A DNA stretch of 64,000 nucleotides from Eledone cirrhosa (lineage: Eukaryota): NCBI GenBank assembly GCA_964016885.1, contig OZ024743.1, positions 39,184,001 through 39,248,000 of the forward strand, given 5' to 3'. Under the pieces are notes generated by a model. The model worked only from the letters and a program-made list of their open reading frames with translations. It was not told where the DNA came from and did not search any database. The position numbers were made by a program, and so were the translations under genes. This document shows positions 14,547 through 27,950 of this stretch, piece after piece (the first letter of the stretch is position 1; every line of letters begins with the position of its first letter).

Positions 14547-15410
14547 TAATATGTATGTGATGAAACACAGGTACCAACACATCTGTATATATATTGCAAA
14601 AGAAAAATTTAGCCAGATTGAAGTATACTAATTATTATCCTACAGTTTGTCCATATCGATTTAAAATAATAAATCAACGGAGACGAACTGTATTGCCAAA
14701 AGGCCGTGATGTTTAGACACATTTAAATTTCAAAATCAAACCTGTTCCGTAGATAAGTTTAGACTTTAAGATCCAAATATGTTTCGAGTTAAATAAGTGT
14801 AGGAATATCATGTCCCGCGCTCCTCAGTAAACATCCAGAGACAAATTGATATGCTTCACTTCTAAATAATTTAAAAGACTGCGTGACGCACATGGCTTTA
14901 CAGTATCTAACTAGTCTCAAAACCCTACTGCTAGAAATAACAGTCGTATATATGAGGCGGCTTGCAGCTCAAACTAGGAGCAGTTAAAATTAATAAGGTA
15001 ATGAATTCTTTTACAATGGAATCAGCTCGAATGAGGAAAAATATCCCATGAGCAGTGTATAAATTAATATGTATGTGATGAAACACAGATACCAACACAT
15101 CTGTATATATATTGCAAAAGAAAAATTTAGCCAGATTGAAGTATACTAATTATTATACTACAGTTTGTCCATATCGATTTAAAATCGATATGGACAAACT
15201 GTAGTATAATAATTTGGATTTTGAAATTTAAATTTGTCCAGGTATCACGGCTATTGCCAATATGGGTTTGTTTTTATTGATTTATTATTTTAAATCGAGA
15301 CAGGCAAACTGTATTAATCTAATTAGTATTTTTCAATCTAGCTAACTTGGTCGTTTACAATACAAAGGCTTATATATTTATATTATTGTTTATCATATAT
15401 TAATTTACAT
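14543..15410. repeat. Direct duplication plus near-perfect palindrome plus diverged inverted copy
   Basis: 14543-14667 nearly identical to 15061-15185; palindrome ~15149-15213; 15214-15410 is a diverged reverse complement of ~14543-14740. Confidence 0.85.
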
Positions 15411-15508
15411 TAACTTGTATTTCACGGCTCAGAAATGAGATACACACAAAAACAAAATGGCGTAGGATAGAAGAAAGGAAAGGCACAGAAACAAAGAAAG
15501 GAATCCCC

Positions 15509-15553
15509 AGTCACTGAAGAGGTCACAGAGTGTGTGACGAAAGGACTATGACT
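15509..15553 (+). ncRNA. Minimal type-I hammerhead ribozyme
   Basis: AGTCA CTGAAGA G GTCACA gagtg TGTGAC GAAA GGAC TA TGACT: intact CUGANGA/GAAA/UH core, 5-bp stem I, 6-bp stem II with one extra G. Confidence 0.75.
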
Positions 15554-15710
15554 ATATATAAACAACTATCTGGTTGTGGAACCAACCAACCAACCAGAAA
15601 TTTATAAGTTTGTAGATTTGTAAATTTATAAATTTATAAATATATAATAAATTGAAGTGAAAACAGTGGTGCGTGTGTTTCTTATTGGCAACATGACCCT
15701 CCCAAAGTAT

Positions 15711-15780
<70 letters not shown>

Positions 15781-15783
<3 letters not shown>

Positions 15784-15974
15784 AACCAGTAGGACCCCAA
15801 CGGCTGAGCTCAAGCCGTTTCGACGGCTAGTTCTGGACGTCCAGATTTAGCCGTCGAAACGGCTTGAGCTCAGCCGTCGGGGTGCAACTCGTTCCTATTA
15901 CACACTCTACTACCCTAATTATTGAGTACTTTGGTGCGTTATGGTCCAGCTGGTTCCTTACCACATTTCCTTCG

Positions 15975-15975
<1 letters not shown>
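15781..15975 (+). repeat. TA-flanked palindromic element (hairpin ~105 bp plus ~80-bp tail)
   Basis: ggctgagctcaagccgtttcgacggcta...tagccgtcgaaacggcttgagctcagcc; (TA)n on both sides. Confidence 0.85.
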
Positions 15976-16034
<59 letters not shown>

Positions 16035-16243
16035 CATTTCTGAATTTGTTAAGCAAGATTATCTATCTGAAAACGTGTGTTGAAAGCGATATTGTTATAC
16101 TTTGGGAGGGTCATGTTGCCAATATGAAACACACGCACCAGTTGATGTCACTTCAATTTATTATAAATTAAATTTATAAATTTCGGAATTTATACATTTA
16201 CGGTTGGTTGGTTGGTTCCACAACCATACGATTGTTCATATAT

Positions 16244-16288
16244 TGTCAAAGTTCATTCGTCACACATTCTGTGACCTTTTCAGTGACT
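16244..16288 (-). ncRNA. Mutated inverted copy of the 15509 hammerhead
   Basis: Minus strand AGTCA CTGAAAA GGTCACA gaatg TGTGAC GAAT GAAC TT TGACA; core substitutions suggest inactive. Confidence 0.55.
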
Positions 16289-18079
16289 GGGGATTATTTT
16301 CTTTTTTTTTTTGTGTGCCTCTCCTTTGTTCTGTCCTACGCCATCTTGTTTTGTGTGTGTTGTGTGCTTAGTTTGCGCATGTGTTACATCCGGGTGTCTG
16401 TGTGTGTTTATATTTGTTTATTTATTTGTTTATTTACATGTTACTGGTTGGTTGTTTGTTCTATATGTGTGTGTGTTTCCATTTTGTCCTTAATTGTAAG
16501 TTGTGCTGTGTGCTGTTCCATTCATGTTTTCTATTTAATTTTGGTTGGAGTTCATTTATGTTTATTGCCTCTGTGATTTGTCTAAACATTTCGTATTTTT
16601 ATGTGTGTCTGTGTATGTGTATGTGTCTGTGTATGTGTGTGTGTGTTTGTGTGTGTGTGTATGTGTGTATGCGTGTGTGTGTATGGGTGTGTATGTGTGT
16701 GTATGCGTGTGTGAGTTTGTGAGTGCATGCATGTGTGTGTGTATTTTATTTTTCACTATATATATGGTGGGGATGCGAACGCAGTGCTACATAGAAATCT
16801 GTGTTACATCAACATTTTTGTTGCACGGCGAAACAGCGGCGAATTGATATAGTTATTAAACTGTCAGATTAAATATCTCGGTATTTGCGAAGATACAACC
16901 GGTGTCAACTTTGCCCTCCATCTTTTCAGGTTCAATAAATAAAGTAAAATTCCAGTGACCCTATATTGATGGAGAAATGGAATCGTTCATATTCCAACTA
17001 TTTGTATCTTGATCTACGACCAGCATATACTATCAGTATTAAGAAAACCAATGGAAATGTTTATATTGTCCTGTCTGGCAATAGTCTCCTATCCTTTCTT
17101 AAAATATTCTATTGATTAAGATATTTTCTTCACAATATTGAGGTAATATAGTCGGCATTTGTTATCTCTTAGGCAATTACCATTTCACATGGTCTCGCAT
17201 TGTTCCTCAGGCTTAAGTGAGGAATGGGTAAATACTTATTTAGCAACCCGTCAGGTTGCCTGTATCTTCAGCTAAAATGGTATGTCTTGTGTCACACTGT
17301 GTTATAAAAATAGTACCTGAGAATTCTGTTAAGGTGCACGTGCCTGTGGAATATGCAATTAATCATCACACGTTAATTTAAAGAGCAGACCTTTCCGTTG
17401 ATTAGGAACTTGCAATATTTATCCTCGAAAGTGATGTACATTTACTATAAATAGTTAATTTCATACAGACGACAACGTATTTGAGGAATTTAGAAAGAAA
17501 TACAATGTATAATCGGATGAGACTTTCAATTGACTGTGCATTCCCATACCTATTTAACGCCAACAATTGTAAAATATATCTTTAGCTTTCATTTAGGGTA
17601 ATTAACGCATTTTATTATGCAATACGAAACTCGTTATTTCTGTCCTCTAGATTATTTATCAAGAGAACAATCAAGTCATTAGAACGTATCATATGTATCC
17701 TCGGTTTATTTACTTTCCCTCCACATTAATAAGAATACTTTACTTCTATATTTTAAAGCGAAATACTAAATATACACAGAATGGGGATATTCCTTTCCGA
17801 TGAGTTAGTAGCTTTTGTTAGTGTTCTGATTATTAAAATATAATATATGCTAGTATGAGCATATTTAAAGACGATCGGATATATTTATCTATTCAAGTTA
17901 CCGAGTTTTCATGTCTTTAAATCAGGAAATATATTTTCACTTTTAAATTTTCTATATTGATTTCAATTAAAACTTATCCCTTCATTCATATTACTATTCG
18001 CTTTATTTCGTTCTCTCACTCTTTCTAATTAACCAAACTTTCGTGAATATCGATTAAGAGCAATGGATTTTATCAATAA

Positions 18080-19255
18080 CTAGCATTAAAGCCCGGCGTT
18101 GCTAGGGGTCATTAAGTTACCAAAGTTAGGTTGCACCACCCATTTTATGGCAGCACTTTTTTGTCTGCCAGGCACTGGGTGAATGAATTGCAGACCTGGA
18201 AGCAGGAGCTGCGCCAGCAGTGGCAATTGTAGTTTCGCCTATGGATATTTTCTCTGTGCAAAAAAGTGTTGAAATTTATTGTTTCACAGTACTTGCGCAA
18301 CACGCGCGTAGACGATGCCAGCCGAACAACAGAGCTGCGATGGAGTTGTTCTGCATGGTTGTCTGTGTGTTTTCTAAATGTAAGACACTAGGGAGGGTTG
18401 TGATATGAGGGAGAGTTAGCTGTTGTTTCTAGCAGGTTTAGTGACCTCATAGAAGATATATTTTCTAAATTTAATACAGTAGGGATGGGTGTGATATGGG
18501 GGAGAGCTAGCTGCTGTTTCTAGCAGGTTTAGTAACCTCATAGAGGATATGTGTTTTCTAAATTTAAGACAGTAGGGAGTGGTGTGATATGGGGGAGAGT
18601 TAGCTGCTGTTTCTAGCAGGTTTAGTGACCTCATAGAAGATATGTTTTCTAAATTTAAGACAATAGGGAGGGGTGTGGTATGGGGTAGAGTTAGCTGCTG
18701 TTTCTAGCAGGTTTAGTGACCTCATAGAGGATATTATTGTTTATCATTATCTATAAAAGGCAGATTGTTGTTGTTGTTGTTGAAGTGAGTGTGTGTTTGT
18801 ATGCGTTTAGAAAAGAGGTTTTAAAAAAGATTTATCGCTTGTTGTTGAATAAATGTATCTGTTGCTTTTGAATAATTGTCGTTTCGTATGAAATGTAATA
18901 ATTTGAAGTATAAAAGAGAAAGTAGCAAAATGTGTGGGTGGTAGATAGAGGTGAACAGATGATATGAGAGAGTAAAACGGACAGTATCACCATCATGCTT
19001 GGAAAAAGAAAGTAGCAGAAAGTATGAAGTTGTATAGATTTTGAATGGTAGTGGAAAGAGTTTAGCAGTCTAAATGACAGAGAAAAATCGTAAAATATTG
19101 AGTTTTATCTATTTTTTGTGTAATTGTGGGTGAAATTGAAACGCAAGACGCAATCGAAACTATTTCGAATACTGAATTGTAAATTTCAATTGAAGAAATG
19201 CTATATCGTAGATTTCTATAAGAAAGGAGCATTACCACACACTGAGCTTTATAGA
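18080..19255 (-). mobile_element. Non-autonomous Helitron
   Basis: Minus strand begins A|TCTATAAAGCTCAG (19255) and ends CCCTAGCAACGCCGGG hairpin, spacer, CTAG|T (18080): TC...CTAG termini in an AT target with no TSD. Confidence 0.65.
18370..18733. repeat. Minisatellite, 4 units of 91-93 bp, inside the Helitron
   Basis: Unit ttttctaaat..agggag..gtgatatgggggagagttagctgctgtttctagcaggtttagtgacctcatagaagatat starting at ~18370, 18461, 18554, 18645. Confidence 0.92.
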
Positions 19256-21437
19256 TTATGATAATACATTTGATAGTTGTCACTCTAAATTGACATTGAG
19301 CATCATTAATCTGCCATACCACATCATTAGGACAATTATAAACTTGATTCAATTTTTTTTTTGTATAACATACATTTAAACACGTACATTATTCTATTGT
19401 ACACCCTTTCGTTAGATATTCCCACTCACGGTTTAACTGAAATATGTCACTAAGTATTTCACGTATTGATTAATTTAGATTGACTATTTACAACATTGTC
19501 TTCTGAATTTTACATGTGATTTTTATACAGAGAATATACGGCAAGATTTCGCTTCTACGTTTTGTAGCATTTCAGTATCTATAGTATTTTACCAAAATAG
19601 AAGCCAATATTTTAAGCCAATACTTATGCTTTTCTCTACATAAATATAGCATACATGGAGTAGTTTTAAAAATATCAGAGCTATTACTGTACCAATATGA
19701 TTTTAAGTTAATCAGCACATTTCTCATCGACCAGAAGATATTTCAGACAAGTGTCAAATGAATAAGCCCTTACCTATCCTTGTTGTTTGTGATGTTAAAT
19801 AATAAAGTGCTTTCTCTAAGATGTGATGATAAAAACAAACTAAAAGTTAAGAAATGTAATAGCCTTGGGCAATAACATTTTTAGTTGGAAAATATTTTTC
19901 TCTTGCGAACAGTCAGAGCAGAGTTGTCGTTTTTCCTTTGTGCGCAAGACATAAACACTGTTAATCATGGCTGTATAATTTTACCAATGAATAGTTTAAC
20001 GCGTTTCCACAGACTCGTTTTTTAAACACTTATTGATAGACAAGTTCATGGTTATATAACATCACTCCTACCCTGCAGATAACAATTAACGGTTTTGTTA
20101 TAATGCAATTAAATTGGACTCACGAGTTCATTACCAAATTGGCATTGCAAAAGCGAAAATGAAATTTTGTTTGTGATATATTGTGTTTAATCCAAATATA
20201 CGTGAGTGTTGCTAGTGCCAATAATTTATGCTGTCATGAAATATGTGGATTTAATCCTTCATTGAAGTGCAGTGTTGAGGAAATTCCGTACAACCTTTGA
20301 GTCGGAATAGACCGATGTCATAAATATTATTATTTACGGCAGGATAGGTATCACCAATCACAATTATCTAGATACATAATTTATCATTAGACCTAAGACA
20401 CCTGAATTTATTATGAATCCTGACAGGCCTTGATTTAACTTGCCACCTACAACAACTACATGTATCATGAGAACTATCATTGAATTTAAAACACTTGGAT
20501 TATAAATGCCATTTAACGCGTATTAGTTCACCATGATGCAGATATATCAAACCGAGATTTGTAATAGCTAACATACCTTAAAAGTCATTTCACTTAACAG
20601 GCTGTTTCTGGTGTAGAATTTCAATAGTTACCTCGAATTGAGGATTTAGTATGATACGTATATATGTTTAATATTTCATAAGTGATATTTAAACCCATCA
20701 ATAACAGGGAAATACTTGATTTCCCTGTTAACAGTATGTCATTACTCTGTGAATATTTACATCACTGATCGTGAATATGTTTTATGGTGGTTATACACCT
20801 ATAAATGCATAACCATTCTATGTCCAATGGCACACACGTGCTCGTTGTAGTTGTAATATATATGTTGTGTCAAATGAGAATGGTCTGAATAATATAGATA
20901 TTCAACTTCTCACTTTATGTCGAAATTTGTTTAATTTTTCAAATACAAGGGTTTACCTTTAAAGCGCCGAGAAAGCTACGGTGAAATTAACAAATATATA
21001 CCTAACAATAAATTTTGCATAAAGATTAAATATCCATAACAATGTGTTAATCTATGGCACTGGTGTTGATATGAAGACTAAAATAAACTATTAACATCAT
21101 GGTCAATTTAACCTGTAGAGAAAGGAGTACCATATATTTGTAGATATATATTCTTATAGTACTGTATTGTTGAGCGTACAGCAGTTAAAGTCTATGTTAT
21201 GTTATGAAGATGATGATAATTATGGTGACGACAGCGATGATGAAATTAATGATGATGATAATGTTTATGCCGAGAATTATGAAAGTGATAATTATTATGG
21301 ATACAGCCAAACCTCTCACAATGATACTGTCACATTGACATCGTTATCTGCAGAACACAAGTTCATGTAAGGTTGTTTGTTGAACACTAGCAGTCACCTA
21401 TGCATACCAGTGCGTTCTCTCCACGCCACCGATGTTT

Positions 21438-21868
21438 TCTACTGTACGTCTGTATACATATATGCATGTACGTATACACACAGACTTACATTTAAGTAAG
21501 TGCCGTACTAAGAGTGAGAAATGAAATTTCGTTTTCATTTTATTTCAACTTATCGTTCTCGGTATGCCTGAGAGACTTAGCTCACTCGATATGCAAATTA
21601 GGCTGCTCAGCCGTTAATTTTCATAAGGAAAGTATATACTTTCGAACGTTCAACTATCTGGCAGATGGGTATACGGCGCTGATGATAGCTAACAGGCTTG
21701 AAACTAGTACATCGTTCCTGTGTCAGTGTTGAACAAAAAGGTGACGTGGTTGCCTTAACACCGTACGGCATAAAAATTCAGGCTGTTCAGTTGTTTACAA
21801 ACGAACAAAGCGGCGTTATAATAAGCGTCCGCTAAACTGATACGTGCATATATGTATGTGTACCTGTA

Positions 21869-21914
<46 letters not shown>

Positions 21915-21962
21915 TGCTACTGTACGTCTGTATACATATATGTATGTACGTATACACACATA

Positions 21963-21968
<6 letters not shown>
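21438..21968 (+). mobile_element. Non-coding hammerhead-bearing element with terminal direct repeat (PLE/retrozyme-like)
   Basis: ctactgtacgtctgtatacatatatg.atgtacgtatacaca repeated at ~21438 and ~21917; homologous rearranged copy at 26010-26475. Confidence 0.6.
21674..21714 (+). ncRNA. Minimal type-I hammerhead ribozyme
   Basis: CGGCG CTGATGA T AGC taacag GCT T GAAA CTAG TA CATCG: intact core, palindromic ACTAGT stem III, GUA cleavage triplet, stem I 4/5 pairs. Confidence 0.75.
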
Positions 21969-22008
<40 letters not shown>

Positions 22009-22023
22009 TATATATATATGTAT

Positions 22024-22097
<74 letters not shown>

Positions 22098-22139
22098 CTA
22101 TATATAAATATATATATACATATACTCCACTTGCCGATG

Positions 22140-23060
22140 TTGTAAGGGTTAACCCCTTCTTACAAAGATAGACGTAACTTTTCTTTCTTTTCCTCTATGT
22201 TTCCTTCTACCCCCACCCCCCATCTCTTCCTAGTCCTTCCACACCAGATCTCCTTCCTCGTCTGTTTTTTTCACCTTTCGCCTACCCCGATGCAGCCCAT
22301 CGGTCCACTGTAGCATCAGTACCCTCTCTCCCCTAATTTTAAGATGGAATTGCCCGATTACGCTTTTTATAGCAGATGTGTTAGGCCCCAGTATTTTTTT
22401 TTTTTTTTGGGTTGCTGCTCCATTTCTATGGTTTCAAAATTTCTCAGTGGTATTTTTGTATTAGTATTTTTATATTAGTATTAATAATTTTGTAATAGTA
22501 TTTTAGTATTTTTGTTCTTAACTTATTAACCTGTCATTATAAGATAACATTGGCTGATTACTAACTATCTATAGCAGTGGTGTTGGACCCCCTGTAAAGC
22601 CGGCTTTATCAAATTATTTCACTACAATATCGTATTTAGTATTTTTCCCTAAACTTTTCTATAGCTTATCAATACCAATGAGAAATTGGGTGATTGTAGA
22701 AATGGAGTAGTAACAAGAAATTGTTTTTATATATTTATTTCCTTATTTTTATAATGGTCTTATTTTTTTACTCCCTTTCGATTTAGCTATTCTTCCAACA
22801 CCGCCCCCTCCTTTTCTCCAATACACTTTTTTCGACCTTTTATACACTATCCTTAGAATCTGCTGTATAGATTTCAATTTCAACGCTTACTGGGTTTCCC
22901 CCACTCCGTCTTTGTTCTAGTGGCAAGTTCAGTTACCGCTACCTCCCACCAAATGCCATGATCAGTATTTACAACAAATGTTTGACCAATCCTCTCGACA
23001 ATTACTATCTTCCAATATATGGTAATACCCCTTGAGAAGTTCGGCTATTTATTTACCAGG
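22140..23060 (-). pseudogene. Highly decayed Penelope-like element 3' portion
   Basis: Minus strand GVLPYIGR..VERIG (PLE linker-like), downstream IY.../VY(I)GE-like remnants, and a decayed hammerhead-like motif at ~22270-22322. Confidence 0.4.
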
Positions 23061-23076
23061 GTAAACATTATTATTT

Positions 23077-23215
23077 AGTCCAGAAATAGCCGTCGAAACG
23101 GCTTGAGCTCTGCCGTCGGGGTCATACTTGTTCGTATTACCACTCTACTACCCTAAGTATTGAGTAGGTTGGTGCGTTATGGTCCATCTGGTTCCTTACC
23201 ACAATCCCTTCGTCA
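23077..23215 (+). repeat. Palindromic element family copy lacking the left arm
   Basis: ccagaaatagccgtcgaaacggcttgagctctgccgtcgggg...ttccttaccaca then (TA)n. Confidence 0.85.
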
Positions 23216-23409
23216 TATATATACATATATATATGTATGCTAAGTTAAGGAATTATAACATATATATATATATATATATATATGATATAATATAAAGACA
23301 CTAGCATGTTGCGTGCATATAAATATTTAAACATATATCAGTTTTGTTCAACGAATTGTGAATCGACTTTCACTTTCATATAACATTGTTGCATAGTGTC
23401 AAATGTACA

Positions 23410-23464
<55 letters not shown>

Positions 23465-23465
23465 C

Positions 23466-23541
<76 letters not shown>

Positions 23542-24855
23542 CGTTTGTGTGTGCGCGTGTGTGTGTATATGTTTGTGTTCGTGTGTATGTGTGTGTGTGT
23601 GTGTGTGTGTATGTGTGTTCTCTATGCAACATGTTGTTATATACTTTATATTAATAACATTACACTCACTTTTGCATTGCAAATCATATTTTAAAATATA
23701 CCAACATGCAAATGAAAATAACTGTCCATAGAATAAACAAAAAAGTGTTAGTATTACGATATTGTATATAATGTATGAAATATCTGATAACAACACTTTG
23801 GGATGACAGCATTGATTATATTTGGTAAATGAACAATTCTCTAATAGATAATATTGTTCAATATAACACTGTTTTATGTATAGCAATATCAAATCTATCA
23901 TGGCAGCAACACGATAGTAATTAATTACCAAGCAAGCAGTGAATGATTAGGCGACTAATACTGAATTTCTTCCACTTAATATTTACATCCTTCTCCACTG
24001 AAATATTTCAACTAAGCTGTTTTTTCACTGTCTAAATTTCTTCTTGGTTATATACGTTTATCTTGATAAACAAATTGAAAAGAAAAGAGTCGATTATCCT
24101 CCATCGAACAAAAGAAACAATATGTCCATTGATATCTCTATTGTTATACCTTCTGCCGGTAACAACTGTGGAAATTACGCAATCATAAATTATGTTGCTA
24201 AAATACTCAACTCACCACCCAATGCACGAATCAAAACAAAGATCATATAATCCTTAATCCAACACATTAATAAATATTCTACGTAGTTGCATCCATACAA
24301 ACATCTACTACAACATATAGATATTCAATCACAGACGAATACAAACGCCACATGTCTGTGTACGTATGTGTGTGTACGTGCGTAGATGTGTATTCTTGAC
24401 TGTGTGTATATGTTTGTGCATGCTTATGCTTGAATGTATGCATGTATCTGTGTGTGTGTATACATATATATATACATAAATACAAGAGAACTACCGATCT
24501 TAGCCTATCGTATTTGATCTAGGTATTTAAAATCATCTTAGAGCACACACGCAATCATACATCTATGACAAATGGAAATACTTATTCTCTAATAAGAGCA
24601 TATCCTGGAAATTCGTGACTGGGAAGTAAATTAATCTGACGCCATGTAGAAAAGACACTTTCCTCTTTCAAACAGAAGAAAGTACCATTATCTTCACTTT
24701 ATATTTACAATTTCTTTTTGGTCAAAAGGTTTTGACACTTTCCCACTATTGTAGTCTGGTTTTATATGACTAAAATAGCACTTTTACTCTGAATTTACTG
24801 ATTGTAATTAGATGATATCATCATGCCATGTATATTACTGTTATATGTATATAAT

Positions 24856-25040
24856 TGTTTCTACTTTAGGCACAAGGCCAGCAATTACCCAGTGCATTAC
24901 TGGTACTTTATTTTATCGACCCCGTAAGGATGAAAGGCAAAGTCAACCTCGGCGGGATTTGAACTCAGATCATAAAGGGACGTAACTATGCCGGAAAGCA
25001 TGGCGTCCGACCCTCTACCGATACTGCCAATCCACCGCCC
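24856..25040 (-). mobile_element. Full-length SINE family A with 15-bp TSD
   Basis: ttatatgtatataat at 24841-24855 and 25041-25055 flanks a complete reverse-complement copy. Confidence 0.92.
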
Positions 25041-26009
25041 TTATATGTATATAATGAATGTTGTTATTAATCGTGAACATGTGAATATATTGAAAGGATA
25101 TTGTACTGTAATTGATAAACACACTCTATCGTTTGGATCTCACAAGTATGACACTTGAGCACGCTTGGCGATAATCAATGTCCGATACTAATTGGAATTA
25201 TGCTGAATATGCTAGAAATTGACGAAACGTATGTGAAGATAATTTTTGATGTCGTGACACTAGATGATTATAATTCAATGTTTTCCACATAAAAGCAGCA
25301 TGGCCTAATACTATATTGATGACTTCATTCAGAGGATCAATGGTGTCTATTTGAAAGAGAACAGTTTACAAAAACCAGGAGCGAAGATCATATTGGGCAA
25401 TATTCACTCACTACGTGGCATATACATTCAGAATTATCGATTTTTATTGTGCGTACATTAATATCCTTACAATGAAATATCTAGCATAGTTTACAAATTT
25501 TCAGAGAAACGAAAACATGCCGAAATTACATTTGTGATATTAATATTTCAGAGGATTATATTAAGTTTACGTTTGCGTCTACAGAGAGAAGATGTTTCAG
25601 TTTCACAAGCATAGTAATCATCATAGTTAAATACGTCGTGGGGAAGTAATATTTAATTGTAATATGATGTGTAAGATGATACTTCAAACACGTATTTAGA
25701 TTCCTACCAACAACTTCACGCTAGTTTGAAATTTGTTGCAAAGCCCAAATTGTATGTTAATCTTCTGTGGATATTTAGCGTAGTGTTAATCACGTTTATT
25801 AGCATATATTTCGTGTTATAAGACGTTCTCTTGTGTACGACGTAAGTGTACTTTCTAGAAATTGTATTCAGAAAAGTTATACAGAAATATCCACGAATTT
25901 AAAAATATTTCACCCATGTTAACACTATTGTTTTTACTCCATTTATATATTAACGAATTTCGGAGAGATGTGAATAGTTACATATTATAAAAATAGCTAT
26001 ATATTTATT

Positions 26010-26475
26010 ATATAAGTATGTATATGTACATACATATATGTATACAGACGTACAGTAGTATGTATATATATATACATACATGCACACATATATATATATG
26101 TACGTATGGATTCATCGAACAATTCATCAGCCTAATTTGCATATCGAGTGAGTTAATCGGCCGGGGTACCGTAAACGATAAACGGAAAAAATGAAACGAA
26201 ATTTCCTTTGTCAGTGTTGAACAAATGAGCAACGATGGTTGCTAGACACTGTACGGCTTAATTCGGGATGTTTGTTTACAAACACACTGAGAATTATAAT
26301 AAATGTTCTGTGAATCCATACGTACATATATATATGTGTGTGCATGTATGTATATATATATACATACTACTGTACGTCTGTATACATATATGTATGTATG
26401 TATACATACTTATATTTAAGTAACAGACGTGCTAAGAGTGAGAAATGAAATTTCGTTTCATTTTTTCCGTTTATA
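26010..26475. mobile_element. Rearranged (partly inverted) copy of the 21438-21968 element
   Basis: 26010-26207 is inverted relative to 21438-21605 and 26346-26475; 26208-26330 matches ~21720-21850. Confidence 0.65.
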
Positions 26476-27559
26476 TCTTTATTACTTGCGTGTAACAAAG
26501 CAACTAACCTATTTATAGTGTTGTCAAATATCATTTATTTTTTCTCTTTTAGCACAAGGTCAACAATTTGCAGGGAAGGGGAATGTCGCTTTATTGGCAT
26601 TTTATCTTAACGATGTCATAAGTATGAAAGGCAAAGTGAATCTCGGCAGTACTTAAAGACAATGTAAAGAGCCTTAGCTGAATCCAAAGTTGTCCGATAC
26701 TTTATCGATAGAGATAGTGAAAAACATATTAAAAACATGCGCACACTATTAATCTGGCATGGTGCCAAGTAACAACTTCTCGTTATATTTTCTCTCGTTA
26801 CTCTTAGATATGTCCCTATTATGAAATCATCTTCTCGTCTTCTAAGGAGAATGCTGCTGTAGAAAATTGGAATTTGAATTTTAAGCTGAAAATTCGAATA
26901 GGGAGATTTCTGTTTAGTGAAAATTGTGAAGAGAATAATTCTCGTTCAATAATTTAGATATTGAAACCGACATGTTACCTTTCTCATACCATTATCTATT
27001 TATGACATTTCCACAAATATTCTCACCAATATCACAATATAGAATGTGTATAAGGTTTAGATTTGGCTTTCAAAAGATGATTAAAATGTAACTGTGAGAA
27101 GCAAACGTTCACACGACTCAGGAAGAATTGAGCAAAATTACCCTTAACGATAATTACTTTTCTGTTTATTACTGTTTATAATTTCCATTGACACTTCTTA
27201 CCTCATTTCACTAAGTATATATTTTCAAAATAAAATAACACCATATAATAGTATAAGGAAATACTACCATGTGTGTCGCTGACGATTTTCCAGGTGTTCG
27301 ATCAAAGCAAAATTAACGGGAAGTGACTGAATATTCGTGTACATAGAATGTAATACTTAAGATGATTCAGCGTGATACAAAGAGTACCAAGGTCAGACGA
27401 TGAAGTTCCAAGAATTTCAATACATTTAAGCTGTTACGGTTTTCCTTTATGTGGCAGTGTTTTATTTGTTATAATGTTATTTCTTAAAAATATGTAAACC
27501 CTTAATTTAGATATCTATGCACGTTAGAATATATGGTAAAGAATGTGTAATGAGCGTAA

Positions 27560-27950
27560 GAAAACGATCGCGAATACAAGCGACAGAAAAGGGGTTCCTC
27601 CGAAGGGCATTTGGAGGAACGTTACTCGATAGAGTGCGTAGCTCGGAAAGCAGAGACTCAATTCAGCTAGAGCCGCTACTTCTCCGAATTTAGAGATCAC
27701 AATTCCAATACTATGGGCATGTGGTTAGAATGTCACAGGAATGAATCAATGGATAAAATTTTCGGGCAAAACCAACCAACAGGAGTAGACCCCGAGCAAT
27801 ATGGTTGGATGATATTCATGAGTTTGGCTGCTCTCACTTGAAGATACAGCAGAATTAGCTGGAGATGGTTGCTTCTGACAAGACCCACTGAAAGGAGTGT
27901 TTGAGGAAGCTGCCCTCACGATCATCTCCTGGAAGAAGAAGAAGAAGAAT
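27560..27950 (+). mobile_element. RTE-clade LINE 3' end remnant with (GAA)n tail
   Basis: GFLRRAFGGTLLDRVRSS..LEPLLLRI.RSQFQYYGHVVRM; ends in gaagaagaagaagaa. Confidence 0.7.

Larger units (their letters stand above)
15441..16360. mobile_element. Non-autonomous fold-back element (PLE pseudo-LTR-like) with ~275-bp inverted arms
   Basis: 15441-15718 is the reverse complement of 16089-16360; each arm carries a hammerhead motif. Confidence 0.7.

Noticed and set aside
18370-18733. CRISPR-like regular repeats
   Set aside because: Whole units repeat with no unique spacers; eukaryotic context; no cas genes
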